Of a stretch of 64,000 nucleotides of DNA, positions 13,406 through 24,923 are shown one piece after another (the stretch's first letter is position 1; the number at the start of each line of letters is the position of its first letter). The notes beneath the pieces are model-generated. The model did not search any database. It saw only the letters and a program-made list of their open reading frames with translations, and was not told the origin of the DNA. Origin of the DNA: Isurus oxyrinchus (Eukaryota); NCBI GenBank assembly GCA_026770705.1, contig JANJGN010000036.1, positions 2,294,001 to 2,358,000 of the forward strand. The letters are read 5' to 3'. The translations under genes were made by a program, and so were the position numbers.

Positions 13406-13760
13406 CAACGATCTANNNNNNNNNNNNNNNNNNNNNNNNNNNNNNNNNNNNNNNNNNNNNNNNNNNNNNNNNNNNNNNNNNNNNNNNNNNNNNNNNNNNN
13501 NNNNNNNNNNNNNNNNNNNNNNNNNNNNNNNNNNNNNNNNNNNNNNNNNNNNNNNNNNNNNNNNNNNNNNNNNNNNNNNNNNNNNNNNNNNNNNNNNNNN
13601 NNNNNNNNNNNNNNNNNNNNNNNNNNNNNNNNNNNNNNNNNNNNNNNNNNNNNNNNNNNNNNNNNNNNNNNNNNNNNNNTCTAACCATCTAGTTACCGAT
13701 CTATCTATCAATCTATCTATCTATCCATCCATCCGTCTCTCTTTCTCCCTCTCTCTCTCT
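13316..13760. repeat. (TCTA)n microsatellite spanning N gap 13416-13679
   Basis: Perfect TCTA array before the gap. The homologous arrays also fall in gaps (39332-39837, 58548-58693). Confidence 0.9.
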
Positions 13761-16700
13761 ACTATTCTGCAACACACCGTGTACGTTACTGCTTCTCTCT
13801 ATCTAGCCATCCACCTACCGTCAAATTTGCAAATTTACTTCGCTTGCCTAATTAATTTTGAAGTTTTACTTTTCTGTACTTGGTGTTGTTGGTGACAGTG
13901 ACAAGACTGACATTGTTTGCCAATCCCTAGCAGCCCTCTATAGGGGGTGCTGGATCTCCTTGACCCTTGTGCAAGAGCCAAAAACCTCGGGTTGTGGGAT
14001 TTGTTCCGAAATACAATGAGATTTTTCCATTTTTGTTCCCTGACACCTGCAGTTCCCAATTTTCGGGAGTTTGCCTGTGGCGACCTTCTCCTTCAGGTGG
14101 ATCGTTCTAGTGGCCGGGAGAAGGAGTTCCAGGAACCGGCGGTCTCAATATATCCATTAATCACTGGATTTTTGGCACGTTCAGCTGTTTGAATGTGAAT
14201 CGAGGTCATTTCAACCAAATTTAAATTTCACTATCTAATAGGCAACATGAACAGTAATGCGGAACTGACACATTCCAGAGCAACGATTCAAGAAATTACG
14301 TTAACTATGGATGGAATTGTTTCCTAACATGTGCAGATACATTTCACTGAATTTTAACCTTAGGTTAAAAATTCATAGTTAATGTCACATGAGCCTAAGT
14401 GATTTTGCATAGTGCGCATTGCAAGATAACACTGTTTACATGTCACATAATTTTGCGACAATAGATGAAAAATATAAATAGTTGTTCAGTTGAATATGTC
14501 AAAATTGAAATTTATAAGTCTTTGTTTTATAAAGGGGATTAGCTGTTAGGGAGCGAAGTAGATGAGATGGGGTTAAGATACAGGTCAGAAAAGGCGTAAT
14601 TGTAAGGCAGAAAATACCCGAAGGGCTGAATGGCCTCCTGATAATGATATGGCTCACGATAACTGTTTGTGTTTTCTCTTACAGACGAACTTTGCTCGGC
14701 TGGCGTTGAATGCGGACCCCACAGTCTGATTACAAATGATATTGAGAGCACAAGTGCTGCTTCCGGGCTATGACGCATATTGGAAAGTTTCCTCTGTTGT
14801 GCCCTTATTGGAGGAAAGCACGGAGGTGTGACTATTTTCAAGAGACTACCATCTCAAATTCTGTTCCCGGCTGAATTCAGATGTATTAATAACAATGAGC
14901 AATATAGCATGCCGAACCGTCACTTATTGGAGAGTGTTCAAGTCTGAAAGAACAAGCTCCTTTACAAGCCCAAATTGACTCTCGGAAAATCTAGCTTTGT
15001 GCTCAGTATAGATATGTTTCCACTTTATTGTGAAACTGTTTTAATGTTCATTGTACATCTTTGTGTAGCACTTAAGCAGTGTCCAAATTAACAATCCATT
15101 AAAACACGTTTTGAAAACCAAAAATTGTGTTTGGGACGTCAGGCTTTTTGGCCCCTTCAGTACAGGTGTGCTCAGTGAATCTGCAATGGCAGGCTACAGG
15201 ACATCATTATCGACCAGATGTGTGCAGTTTAAAAGTGGGACCAACTCTACATGAATGATACCAGAACTGAGAGGTTATGATATCAGTGAAGACTGATCGG
15301 GCTGAGCTTTTTTTCTCCACAAAAGAGAAGAGGGAGGGGCGACCTGATGACGATAATTAAATTTATGAAAAGATTCGATACGTGGAGACAGAGAAGCAGT
15401 GTTGTCATTTGCAGGCAGAGCAAAAGTAAACCCATGAATATTGGATATACACTAATAATTCCATTGGGGAATTCTGGAATAATTACCTTCCCAGGATAAA
15501 GGGGGGGAATGCTGCACTCGCAACCACAGTGAGCGGGCGAGATAAATATCTGAGGTGCACTTCAGGGGGAAGCTGGGTAACTAGATCATGAATAAAGAAA
15601 TAGGAGGATATGTTGATGGCGTGAGATGTACAGGGTGTTGGAGGAGGCTCAACTAAAGCAGAAGCAGAAGCGGAGAGCAGAGGGGCTGAATGGCCTGTTT
15701 ATGCTCTAGAAATAATTTTCCATTTTGTAAAGCGGGAAACATGAGCAGTGACTGAAATCTCTTTGCTCAGAAAAGTTTGCATCATTAAAATAATTTATTC
15801 TTTGCACTAGAGGACATAGTTAAATGTGAAATTGGGATTCAAAGGACTTTTCACCAAGGTCATCTGGTATTTTAGCTTTACACCTTCAAGATTATAAACA
15901 TTAAAAATTAAAGTTTGAGACCACTGCTTTTAAGATACACATTACGACTTCAACCAATCTCATTCACTGAACAAGCGAAATCCCAGAGCGATACTTGTCT
16001 TACTGATATTTTTTTTTTTCTATTTTGAAAACGAGGGAAAACTTTTACGATTCTTATATCAAGAAGAAAAGAAAACCTTAACAACGCAAAATTAAACTTA
16101 TTTGCTTGAAGCAGTCTTACAAGGTCTTCCTCCAAAAAAGAACTCTGTTCAGAACACACAAGTAAGCTATTTGGCAACAGCTTTCTTATGGATCTTTAAC
16201 TGTAAAAAACCAGTAGTATTACCGAAGGCAAAAATTGCTGCTACTTTAGTACAATATACGAAACGACCTCCCAATCTCTTCCAGTCTGCTCTGGAAATCC
16301 GAAGGAAGTTCAAATACAGACTTCTGTCTGAAAGCACAGAGTTATCTTTCTTGAAATCGGATGCCTGCTTAAAATTCACAATTTTTCTCATCAAAAAACT
16401 GGCCTCAGGGCATCTCCCCTACAGAGCCACTTCAACTCAATTAAGCATTTCTCTTAAACATCTTTCCCCTGCTCCCCTTTCATCCTGGCACGATTGTCCT
16501 ATGTACCTCTTTGAACTCAACTTTCCTAAACAATAAGCATCCTTCATGTCTTCATATTAGCTCCACTTTCGGTCCAAATATCATTTAATAACCTTACCTT
16601 GTTTACTTGTGAAACATTTGTAAGTGGTAAAAGTTCTTAAACATGCTTTGAAATTTAGCAGCTGAAAAGACACGTCCTTACCTATCACCTAATGCAAATT

Positions 16701-17753
16701 TAAAAGGCCCAACACATTTACTTTTCTCCCAACTTCACCAGAGTCTCTTGTTACAAATGCACGCGTTCAGCAAGTTTATCTTTCATCTCTCAGTTCCCAC
16801 AGACAAGCTGTCATTACTATCATTCCCCAGTTTAATTACGCGCGAAAGTGCACATACACAACTTTCTTTATAGATTATCACCATGTTCCCAGAAACATGT
16901 GAAAACAGCATCCATATTCATGTAAAAAAAACTCCACCCATTCACCTTGTTCCCTATCATTCAATACACTTACACCACAAAATGTATGGCATACTAGCTT
17001 CAACAACATTCTGGGGGAGAGAGATCCAGATTTCTACTCCACCTTCCACAGAACATCTTGCTGCAAAACACATTGCACTCATGGTAAATCTCTGACGTGT
17101 AGGTTCAATTTGAACACAACTCAAAAGCCACTGTGTAAAAGACAAATTAAAGCATCACAGGTTTCCTGAATCACTGCCCGTCTTCCTCTCTTGCTTTGCT
17201 CTAATTCAGTAAATGGTAAAACACATCACATGTCAGACTGGCAAACCCACAATGAAGAACATCTCAATCCAGGACTGATATTGTCAATTAAGGAGAAATT
17301 GCAGTTTTATCCAGAAAACATTTAATCCTAATTTAATTATTAATCAGTACAAATCTCTGGTGCATCGTTATAATTGAAGAATAATTTATTTTACTTACGT
17401 ACAGACATTTGCCAAGAAATGAACATCCTGTCAGTAATTGGAGTTAGAGAATCAGCAGAAAAAGTGCAGAGAAACTAAAAAAACCCTTAGTCTTTGCTCA
17501 ATGTTTCTTTCACACTTGAGTTACACCATAACGGTGGGATATCCTAAACAATACTCAAAACAATTTCTATGTTAAGCAAAATGGGCCAGCCTTTGAAGCT
17601 TTTCCGAGTGCACGGGGAAAGCTAATTGTTTCACGGGAGTCGCCGTGGCTCCAAGTTTATTTCCACCAGGCTGTGGGTTCTTTGGCAAATCCGGTCATCT
17701 CCATAATTCATCAGAGAGAAACGGATGGATTCTCATCTGTGGCCATCCTTCTT

Positions 17754-18749
17754 TTATGACCTTTTATCCAATGTAACGGAGTCCAGGGAGGCAAAGAGAG
17801 GTCCATCCTGAGTCTGGGAAACATATTAAACATTAACAGCGAAAACTAATTAAAAGATAAGTAATATTAACCACTCCAGCAACCACGTTTCTTGAATAAT
17901 AGAATGATACAGCACAGAAGGAGGTCGTTCCACCCATTGTGCCTGTGCCAGCTCTTTCAAAGAGCTTTGCAATTAGTCCCAATGTACCCTTCTCTGTCCC
18001 AACATCGCTGACATTATTTTCCCCTCCCACTATTTTTATAATTTCGTCTTGAAAGTTGCTATTGAATCGGTTTCCATTGCCCTTTGTACCAACTTGAGGC
18101 AAGTGTTGCTTCATGTGTATGTAAAATAATTTTGCGAACTGATGTTTTGTAATAGAACTGCAGAATTCGCAAAACAACTGGAAATCACAAAAGTTTAATC
18201 AGAAAATTGGGATGATGAGTCGATCAATTTGAATGAATTCCTTTGTTGTTAACTGGCCAATCTGATTACTGTGTTTCGCCATGTGCCATCTACCGTTCAG
18301 GAGAGTTCACAGAATTCATCACTATCGGAAGAACGGCACAAACACAATCAAAAGACTCGTGTTTATCTCGCACCTGTCACGAAGAGAAGAAGCCGCAGAA
18401 TATTGGCATTCACTTCTTTGAATTGAAGCCGCTGTCCTGAAAGCAACACGACAGTGAATATACGCACAGTAAGATCCCAAAAACAGCAATTAATTAATGA
18501 CCTAGATAATTTATTTTTAAGGCGCTAGTTGAAACATAAAATGTGAAACGGGACAGCAGAGAGAAGCTCCCACCTCGCAGCCCCCATCCCACCAACACCC
18601 CACCTCTGCTTTTCTTGCACTAATGGGGGTACCATTTTTATGCCGACCTGAAAGTGCAGATAGTGCCACCTCAGACAGTGCAGCATTCACTCTGAAGGTT
18701 CAGTCTAGACTTTCTGCATAAGTGCCTGGACGCACGCACGCGCGCACAT

Positions 18750-18809
<60 letters not shown>

Positions 18810-21800
18810 ATGAAAGCAACCACACACGCACCCACACACAGACATAAACACACACACACACAAACACACACACACATTTCCTCTCCAAATTGACTACTTC
18901 TCAGTCCACTTACAACAGAAGCACATTTTGATTTATCTATAAAAACATCCCTGGTTTGGTCTTATCTTCACTCTAATTCCATTGGCTAGTGTGCTTATTA
19001 AATCAGTTGGGTCGAAGGAGGGGCAAAGGTGGGAAACGAGGGAAGGGGATCAGAGTCACTGTAGAGATAAAAGAAAATCGCACAATTCTGAAATATGAAC
19101 TGCTGGAGATCTGGCGTTAAGTCTAACGGAGACATCCTACTAGGGAAATGACCCTAACCTTTCTATTATCATATGGTGGGAGGAGCTGGGGAAGTTTTCT
19201 GTTTCAAGTTCGAGGGACGTGTGAGATGTTGTACAAATTCAGATGCTCTAGTCTGTGATCTGCTCTGTGATGAATGGGTGGAATACACAGCATGGGAAGC
19301 CTTGTACAGGTTTTTGCATGTTATTAAAACAATTTCAATAAACTTTCCTGTAATGCATCGAGATGTGGCCGCTTTGCCCCTGTTTGACGGTGGTTATCTG
19401 TGCTCTTAATGGTTAAGATATAAATTAAAATATTATGCCAGTCTGGCTGGTTCATAATTATTACAGATACACTGTGTGCCAATGATCCGCCAATGTGCCA
19501 ATCACCCCAAAACGTCAATAAACACTGTTTGTTACCAGGGCCCCAATCTACAGGAAGTCCTCCAATACGGTAAAGTTCCCTCAATAAATCGGCAGTGGAT
19601 GCACAAGCACTAACTTCCCATTGAGCCTGTCATCTATTGTCCAGCTGGTATACTACTGCCAGTATTAATAACCAGTAATTCCCATTTTATGTGGTAACTA
19701 GAGATAGCAGAGTGATTGTGAACATTTTGCTGGCATGAAATGCTCTTAGGCATCTTTCCAATTCCACCCATTTGATATTTAATCTGTGCCAACATTTCAA
19801 TGCAACTTACCGTTTGTTGCTCATTCTGCCTCTCGCTTTGTCTCCTCTCTCTCAATCTAAAACTGGGTGCAAAAAAAAAAATATCAAGCACGTGTTATGT
19901 TTTGTGAATACTGACAGAGATGCCAGATATACATGAGAAGAGAATGTCGAGTGGTTTTAGAACCAATCTTCAAAACTCATGGAAATGTCAGCATACACCA
20001 TTGGAATCAGTGTTGAGGTTGATCTAGATTGGACCCTTTGGCAAGTACAGGGGCCGTGTTTGGGGTGAAGTTTTCAAGCGGTACATTTACTCACTGTTCG
20101 TTGTGGGATCTCTTGTCTCGTTCTCCTGAAAGCAGAAATTAAATTATCATTTTAAAGCTACGAGAATGGGGCCAGATAGACAAACAATTATTAAAATATC
20201 CCTGATAAAAATTAATCCTTACCTGGTCTGCTGCTTTTACGAATCCAAATGTACATAAGGATCAAGACTAGAACCAGTACCACCAGGACAGTTATGACAA
20301 CACAAAAGGCTATCTCGCACCATCCTACAGAGACAAAACACTTAGAAACTGCTGCTTGGTCAAAACATATTTTCTGGCATTATCTGATGGGAAACGTGAC
20401 CCAAATAGAAGCAGACCATTCGGGCGATCGTGTCATTGTAGGCTATTTGAAAGCGGTAAATAATTAGCGCCATTCTCACTGCTCTTCCCCCAATATTCCT
20501 CAAAGCGTCTCTCCATCAGGTAATTATCTTATTCCCCTTTTGGAAGTTCCTTTTGAATCTGCTTCCACAACCCCTTCAGGCAACGCCTTCCAGATCACGA
20601 CTGACTGAGTTAAAAATAATTCTCCTCATCACTCCCTCTGGTCCTTTTGCTGATTCTCTTCAATCTGTGTCCCTCTGGTTACAGACCACCTGCCAGTGGA
20701 AACAGTTTTCCCTTGCTTACTCTACCGAAGCCTCTCATGTTTTGAACTCCATGATTAAATTTCCCCGTCAACCTCGTCTGCTCCAAGGAAAACATTCCCA
20801 GATTCTACAGTCTCTCCACGTTAACTGAAGTCATTCATTCCTGGTCCCAATCTGGTATATCTCAATCTACACCCTCCACAAAGCATTCTTGGTTGTTTCT
20901 TGCTTGTAAAGCGCATCCAGTGTGGAAATGACCTCAATTTCATTCCAAGATCCAGTGCCTGAAATGGGCGGTTGAAGTAGGTTCAACAATAAGGTTCGGA
21001 AGAGACATCACATTCTAGCTTGAAGAGGAAAATGTGACTGTGTCGTGAGGGGAGGGTGGATCCAATGGGATAACTCTTACAAAGAGATAGCACTGGCAAG
21101 AAGAGCCGAAATCCCACTTTCCGCGTCTATCGTTCTAGGATCCTCCGATGTGACGGAGAAATGTATGGCAAGTCCAGAAATTGTTTACAAGGACAAATCT
21201 ACACCTGGGGCTAAGGTAACCCCAGCTTATTTTACCATATTTATCACATAGATAATTAACGTTTAATTTACAGCCTGCATGTTCTAAGAATTAATTAATG
21301 TCTCCAATTGACTCTAAAGTAGAATAAAAGCTTCCATTGAACAGATTGCCAACTCACCTGCCCCTGCCTCTGTTGCTTTGAGGAACGACAATCTTTTCGT
21401 CCAATATTTGCCTCGAGACCCCAGTTGAACAATACAAGTACAGGGTTCCCCAATTCGACAGGTTTCCCTCGACACCATGACGTGACTTCTGATACTGTAG
21501 GTCCCGTCCGCCTCCATTGCACCGCGATCGCTCCGTCCCTCGGTGACCAGGCCGGAAATATTCCAGAAAATAACAATCTGGTTGGAAGAAATTCCACTGA
21601 CCAAACACACTAAGGGGCGGGTTCCATTCAACTTCAGTTCACCCGGCGGGGCAAACACCAGCACAGCCGTCTTGCTGGTGGAACTGTCTAGGCAGAGATT
21701 GGGACACAGTTAACCATTAATTTGCACCAAATGCTAATGCTGTGCACGTTCTGAATTTATTTGACTTGCTCTCTTACCACCAACCAGTAGTGTGGATCCA

Positions 21801-22447
21801 TTCTGGAATGATTTATAGACATCCTTATGAGCACAGTAGTAGGAACCCGAGTCATTCAACTGGACATTGAGAATTTCTAGAATCAACAAATTTTCGCTAC
21901 TCCCGCTTTTGGAAATGAACTTACAATTATCGCCCTGACAGGACTGGCTGTCGATTAGTTTCGGGGCTTCACCCACACGTTGTTTGTACCAGATAAAGCG
22001 AGACACCGATTCTACATCGTAAATGTAGCCACAGGTTAATTCCACCGTCTGTCCGACTTCAGCTGTCATTATGAAGGGACTCTGAGACACAGAGGGCTCG
22101 GATTCTGTAGCTAGAGATATTATTGTTACATTACTATTGGTTATTGGGAGATTTAAAGCAGCCCCTTTGAAAATATTCGCCTGTAATTTTGCAACAGTTA
22201 CATAATTGTCTACTTATTGGTGATTAGTTTAAGTCTCCAATTTGATTCCTTTGCTTTCTCAGAGGAAACAGTAAATAAACTCGCAGGATCAGGACAAATC
22301 CCTGCACCTGGCCACTGGGTCACATCTTCATCTTTGTAAACTTTGGAATCTTGCTGATTCCAGTAAAATAATTCTCACCACCTCTTACTCACCGTAAACC
22401 CGCAGCGCTTGGAAAATAAGCATCAGAGATAAAAATTCCTTGGACAT
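17754..22447 (-). CDS. Gene B2: intact non-rearranging VJ-C1-TM-cytoplasmic IgSF (antigen-receptor-like) gene, 7 coding exons, 318 aa
   Basis: Exons, all GT-AG with matching phases: leader 22447-22393 ([18 protein letters not shown]), VJ 22110-21778, C1 21687-21358, TM 20324-20223, cyt1 20125-20095, cyt2 19856-19811, cyt3 17813-17754 ([19 protein letters not shown]). The sum is 957 nt with no internal stop. The cytoplasmic exons are less certain than V/C1/TM. Confidence 0.8.
18400..18730 (-). mobile_element. Decayed Deu-domain (SacSINE-like) SINE; related pieces at about 9975-10085, 34760-34865 and 43430-43780
   Basis: Resembles, from recall only, the tgggatcttgctgtgcg...ttcaaa central domain of this SINE group. 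Confidence 0.5.
18730..18876. repeat. (CA)n microsatellite
   Basis: Direct reading; the homolog in unit 3 is N gap 43805-43987. Confidence 0.9.
20223..20324 (-). CDS. B2 transmembrane exon
   Basis: ctgtag|[34 protein letters not shown]|gtaagg. 102 nt; same-length homologs lie at 363-464 and 44313-44414. Confidence 0.85.
21358..21687 (-). CDS. B2 C1-set Ig constant domain exon
   Basis: VLVFAPP...LVCLVSG...IFWNISG...[12 protein letters not shown]...CTCIVQ. 330 nt, phase 1/1, with a 90-nt intron from the V exon and a GTGAGT donor. Confidence 0.9.
21778..22110 (-). CDS. B2 VJ exon (V-set Ig domain with germline J-like G strand)
   Basis: VSQSP...VELTC...[15 protein letters not shown]...DSGSYYC...[10 protein letters not shown]. 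Phase-1 AG acceptor and GTAAG donor; 333 nt. Confidence 0.92.
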
Positions 22448-24923
22448 CTTGACGCGGTGCGTTCTCCCTGTTTTCGCTCTCACCAATTTGTTTCTGCAGG
22501 CGGAGTGCCGCAGAGTGACCCCAGCTCAGTCCCAGTGCATTTGCCCCCTTTCAGATGCTGTGGAAACTATGACGAGCTATGCTATGGAAAGTTTGATGCC
22601 ATTTTGGGTGCGGTGTCCTGGTGAACGTCAGATGCATTTGACATACTGTGGCCACCGTCTGTGCGTCACTGCGGCAAAGTGACAGCCTGTCTGTAAAAGA
22701 TTGTGCTGGGTTATTGTTCGGAGGGTTGGGCGCGCGGTGGTAACAGAATGCAAACTTTATGGATGGATGCTGAATATTGCAGTTAAATATTGATTCAATC
22801 TCGGGGTGCCAGAGTAACTGACAAGGCCAGCATTCATTACCCACCCTTAATTGCTCCTTGAGAAGGTGGTGGTGAGCTGCCTTCTTGAACCGCTCCAGTT
22901 CCTGTGGTATAGGTACACCCACAGAGCTGTTAGGGAGGGACTTCCAAGATTTTGACACAGCGATAGTGAAGGAACGGCTGATATATTTCCACGTCAGGGT
23001 CGTGAGTGATTTGGGGTGTGTGGAGAGGGGCGGGGTGTGCTTGCATGTTGTGGTGTTCCCACATATCTGCTGCACTTCTAATTGAAGTTTGTAGGGGTGG
23101 CAGGTACGGAAGGTGAGCGACATTAAATCAGAGTGTTATTCATAGCACTCAATATAATCTTTTCTGAAGACAGGTTATACAAGTTTCATGATAAATCTGG
23201 TTTAGACAGAGATTGGAAATATTGAATGAAACGTGCGTGTTTTGATTTGAATTTTGAAAACTTGAATCTTATTCGACATAACAAATTATGCAGAAATCTA
23301 GAGTGGAATTCTAATGGAGCCAACACGGTCACTGCACTTATCGAGAATCTAAATGAACGAAACTCTTTTCGAATTCAGTTCGACACCGTCCTCCTTTCTC
23401 TTAAGATTCACTGAGTAGGTTTTCGACCGACTTATTCTGTAATATAAAACGTCATTGGTGATTAACCTGAATTCAGTGTTCTGAGTTCATTGTAGAATGC
23501 TGTTTAGCAATGATTTTTGATTGGCCCGAGAAGGGAATTTTAAACAATAATACATGTAGCACTTTGTGTTGTGCTCTAAGCGCGTTTACAGCAGTTCGAT
23601 GGAAAATTCACTGCACAGTTATTACTTTCAAATAGCAGTTCAGCTCCTTTGATGTTACAGTTTACAGAGGTGCATAGAATTAGCAGCACAGAAACAGGCC
23701 ATTCGAGACGAATGCTCGTGCCGGTTTTTATATAACGCACGATCCTCCACCCACCCCTTCTTCATTTCAGCACAAAAGAATATCCTTCTATTTATTTCTC
23801 TCTCATGTTTTATCCAGCTCCCCATTTAAATGTAAACCTACAAGAGCCTCATCCATCCCCTGTGGCAGCGGTTTCCAAATTCGCCCCAAAGTCTGGGTAA
23901 AGAGGTTGCTCCTGAATTCCAGGCTGGATTTATCTCATAGTAATGACCCCATTACCGACGACAATAGGAACACAGGGCTTGGCCACTGGGCCCTTCGAGC
24001 CTGCTCCAGCATTCAATAAGATCATGGCCGATCTGGTTGTGGTCTGTACTCCACTTTCCTGTCTGCCGCCCATAGGTATTGACTCCCTTGCCGAACCAAA
24101 ATCTGTCTAATACTGCCTTGAATAAATTCAAAGACCCAATCGCGACTACATTCTGGTGAACGGGTTTCAATACACCTTTGACCCTTTGGGTGAAAAAAAA
24201 TCTCCTCAACTCTATTAAAACGGAGACCTTTATTTTTCAACCGTGCGCCTAGTTTTGGCCACAAGAGGAAACATCCGCCCTATCAGGACCAGTCAAGCAC
24301 TTACACGTTTAAATAAGATCAGATATCATTTATCTAAACTCCAATGGGAATTCCTGAATCCTCTGGGATTCCCGATTGGATTTATTGATGGCCAATATTG
24401 TTGAAATCGTGCCGAATTAGAGTTACCTTCGGTAAGTCTGCCGGAATAAACGATTTCATTTCTTTTAAGAGCTCGACCAGATCATCGCTCACTCTTTCCC
24501 TTTTTCAGAGAAAAGAGCCCAGCCGGATCATTATTTCTTGATAGTTATAAGCTCTCAGCTCTGATAAAATCATTGTTAAATATTAACTGCACGATTTCCA
24601 GTATCTCTGAATCATTTCTAGAAAATTCAGGACAGTATTCTGTACTCCAACTGTGGCCGAACTAATGTGAGTAAATACCTGCTGTATTTTGCAAAACAGA
24701 TGATAAGTGCGTGTCAGCAGTTTGACCTGCAAAAAACAGGGAAACCGCAGAGAGCTGTCTAACTCGGCACCATTTTCCAAATCCTGTCGTGTATCTTTGA
24801 ATAGACACAGAACGCCATTCTGTCTGCATATTTCACACCTCCTTCAAACCGACAGAACGAGAACGATTTCTCAGTGAGATTGGAGTCAGGGACTTAGAGT
24901 CTGATCTTCTGAAGTCACGGACA
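22448..24923. promoter_or_regulatory. Putative divergent promoter region between B2 and A2
   Basis: The ATGs are 2477 bp apart (2482 bp in unit 3). ETS-like GGAAA and RUNX-like CCGCA motifs recur upstream of all A leaders. Confidence 0.45.

Larger units (their letters stand above)
10263..14729 (+). pseudogene. Gene C1 pseudogene (diverged A paralog)
   Basis: VJ 10263-10606 (VLSQIP...SGMYYCAAKEFSRMSLTFANGS, several stops). C1 about 10690-10980 is frameshifted. Degenerate TM about 14030-14140, cyt1 14242-14300 (donor lost), last exon 14685-14729 (TNFARLALNADPTV*). Confidence 0.85.

Noticed and set aside
18990-19085. Strong minus-strand acceptor at about 19060 as an extra B2 exon
   Set aside because: Phase 0 gives an immediate TGA, the pyrimidine tract resembles a repeat end, and it is absent in unit 3.
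20310-20318. B2 TM Glu pairing with the A2 TM Arg
   Set aside because: The Glu is at +1 and the Arg at +7 from their stalk Cys, so they are unlikely to be at the same depth; too speculative.
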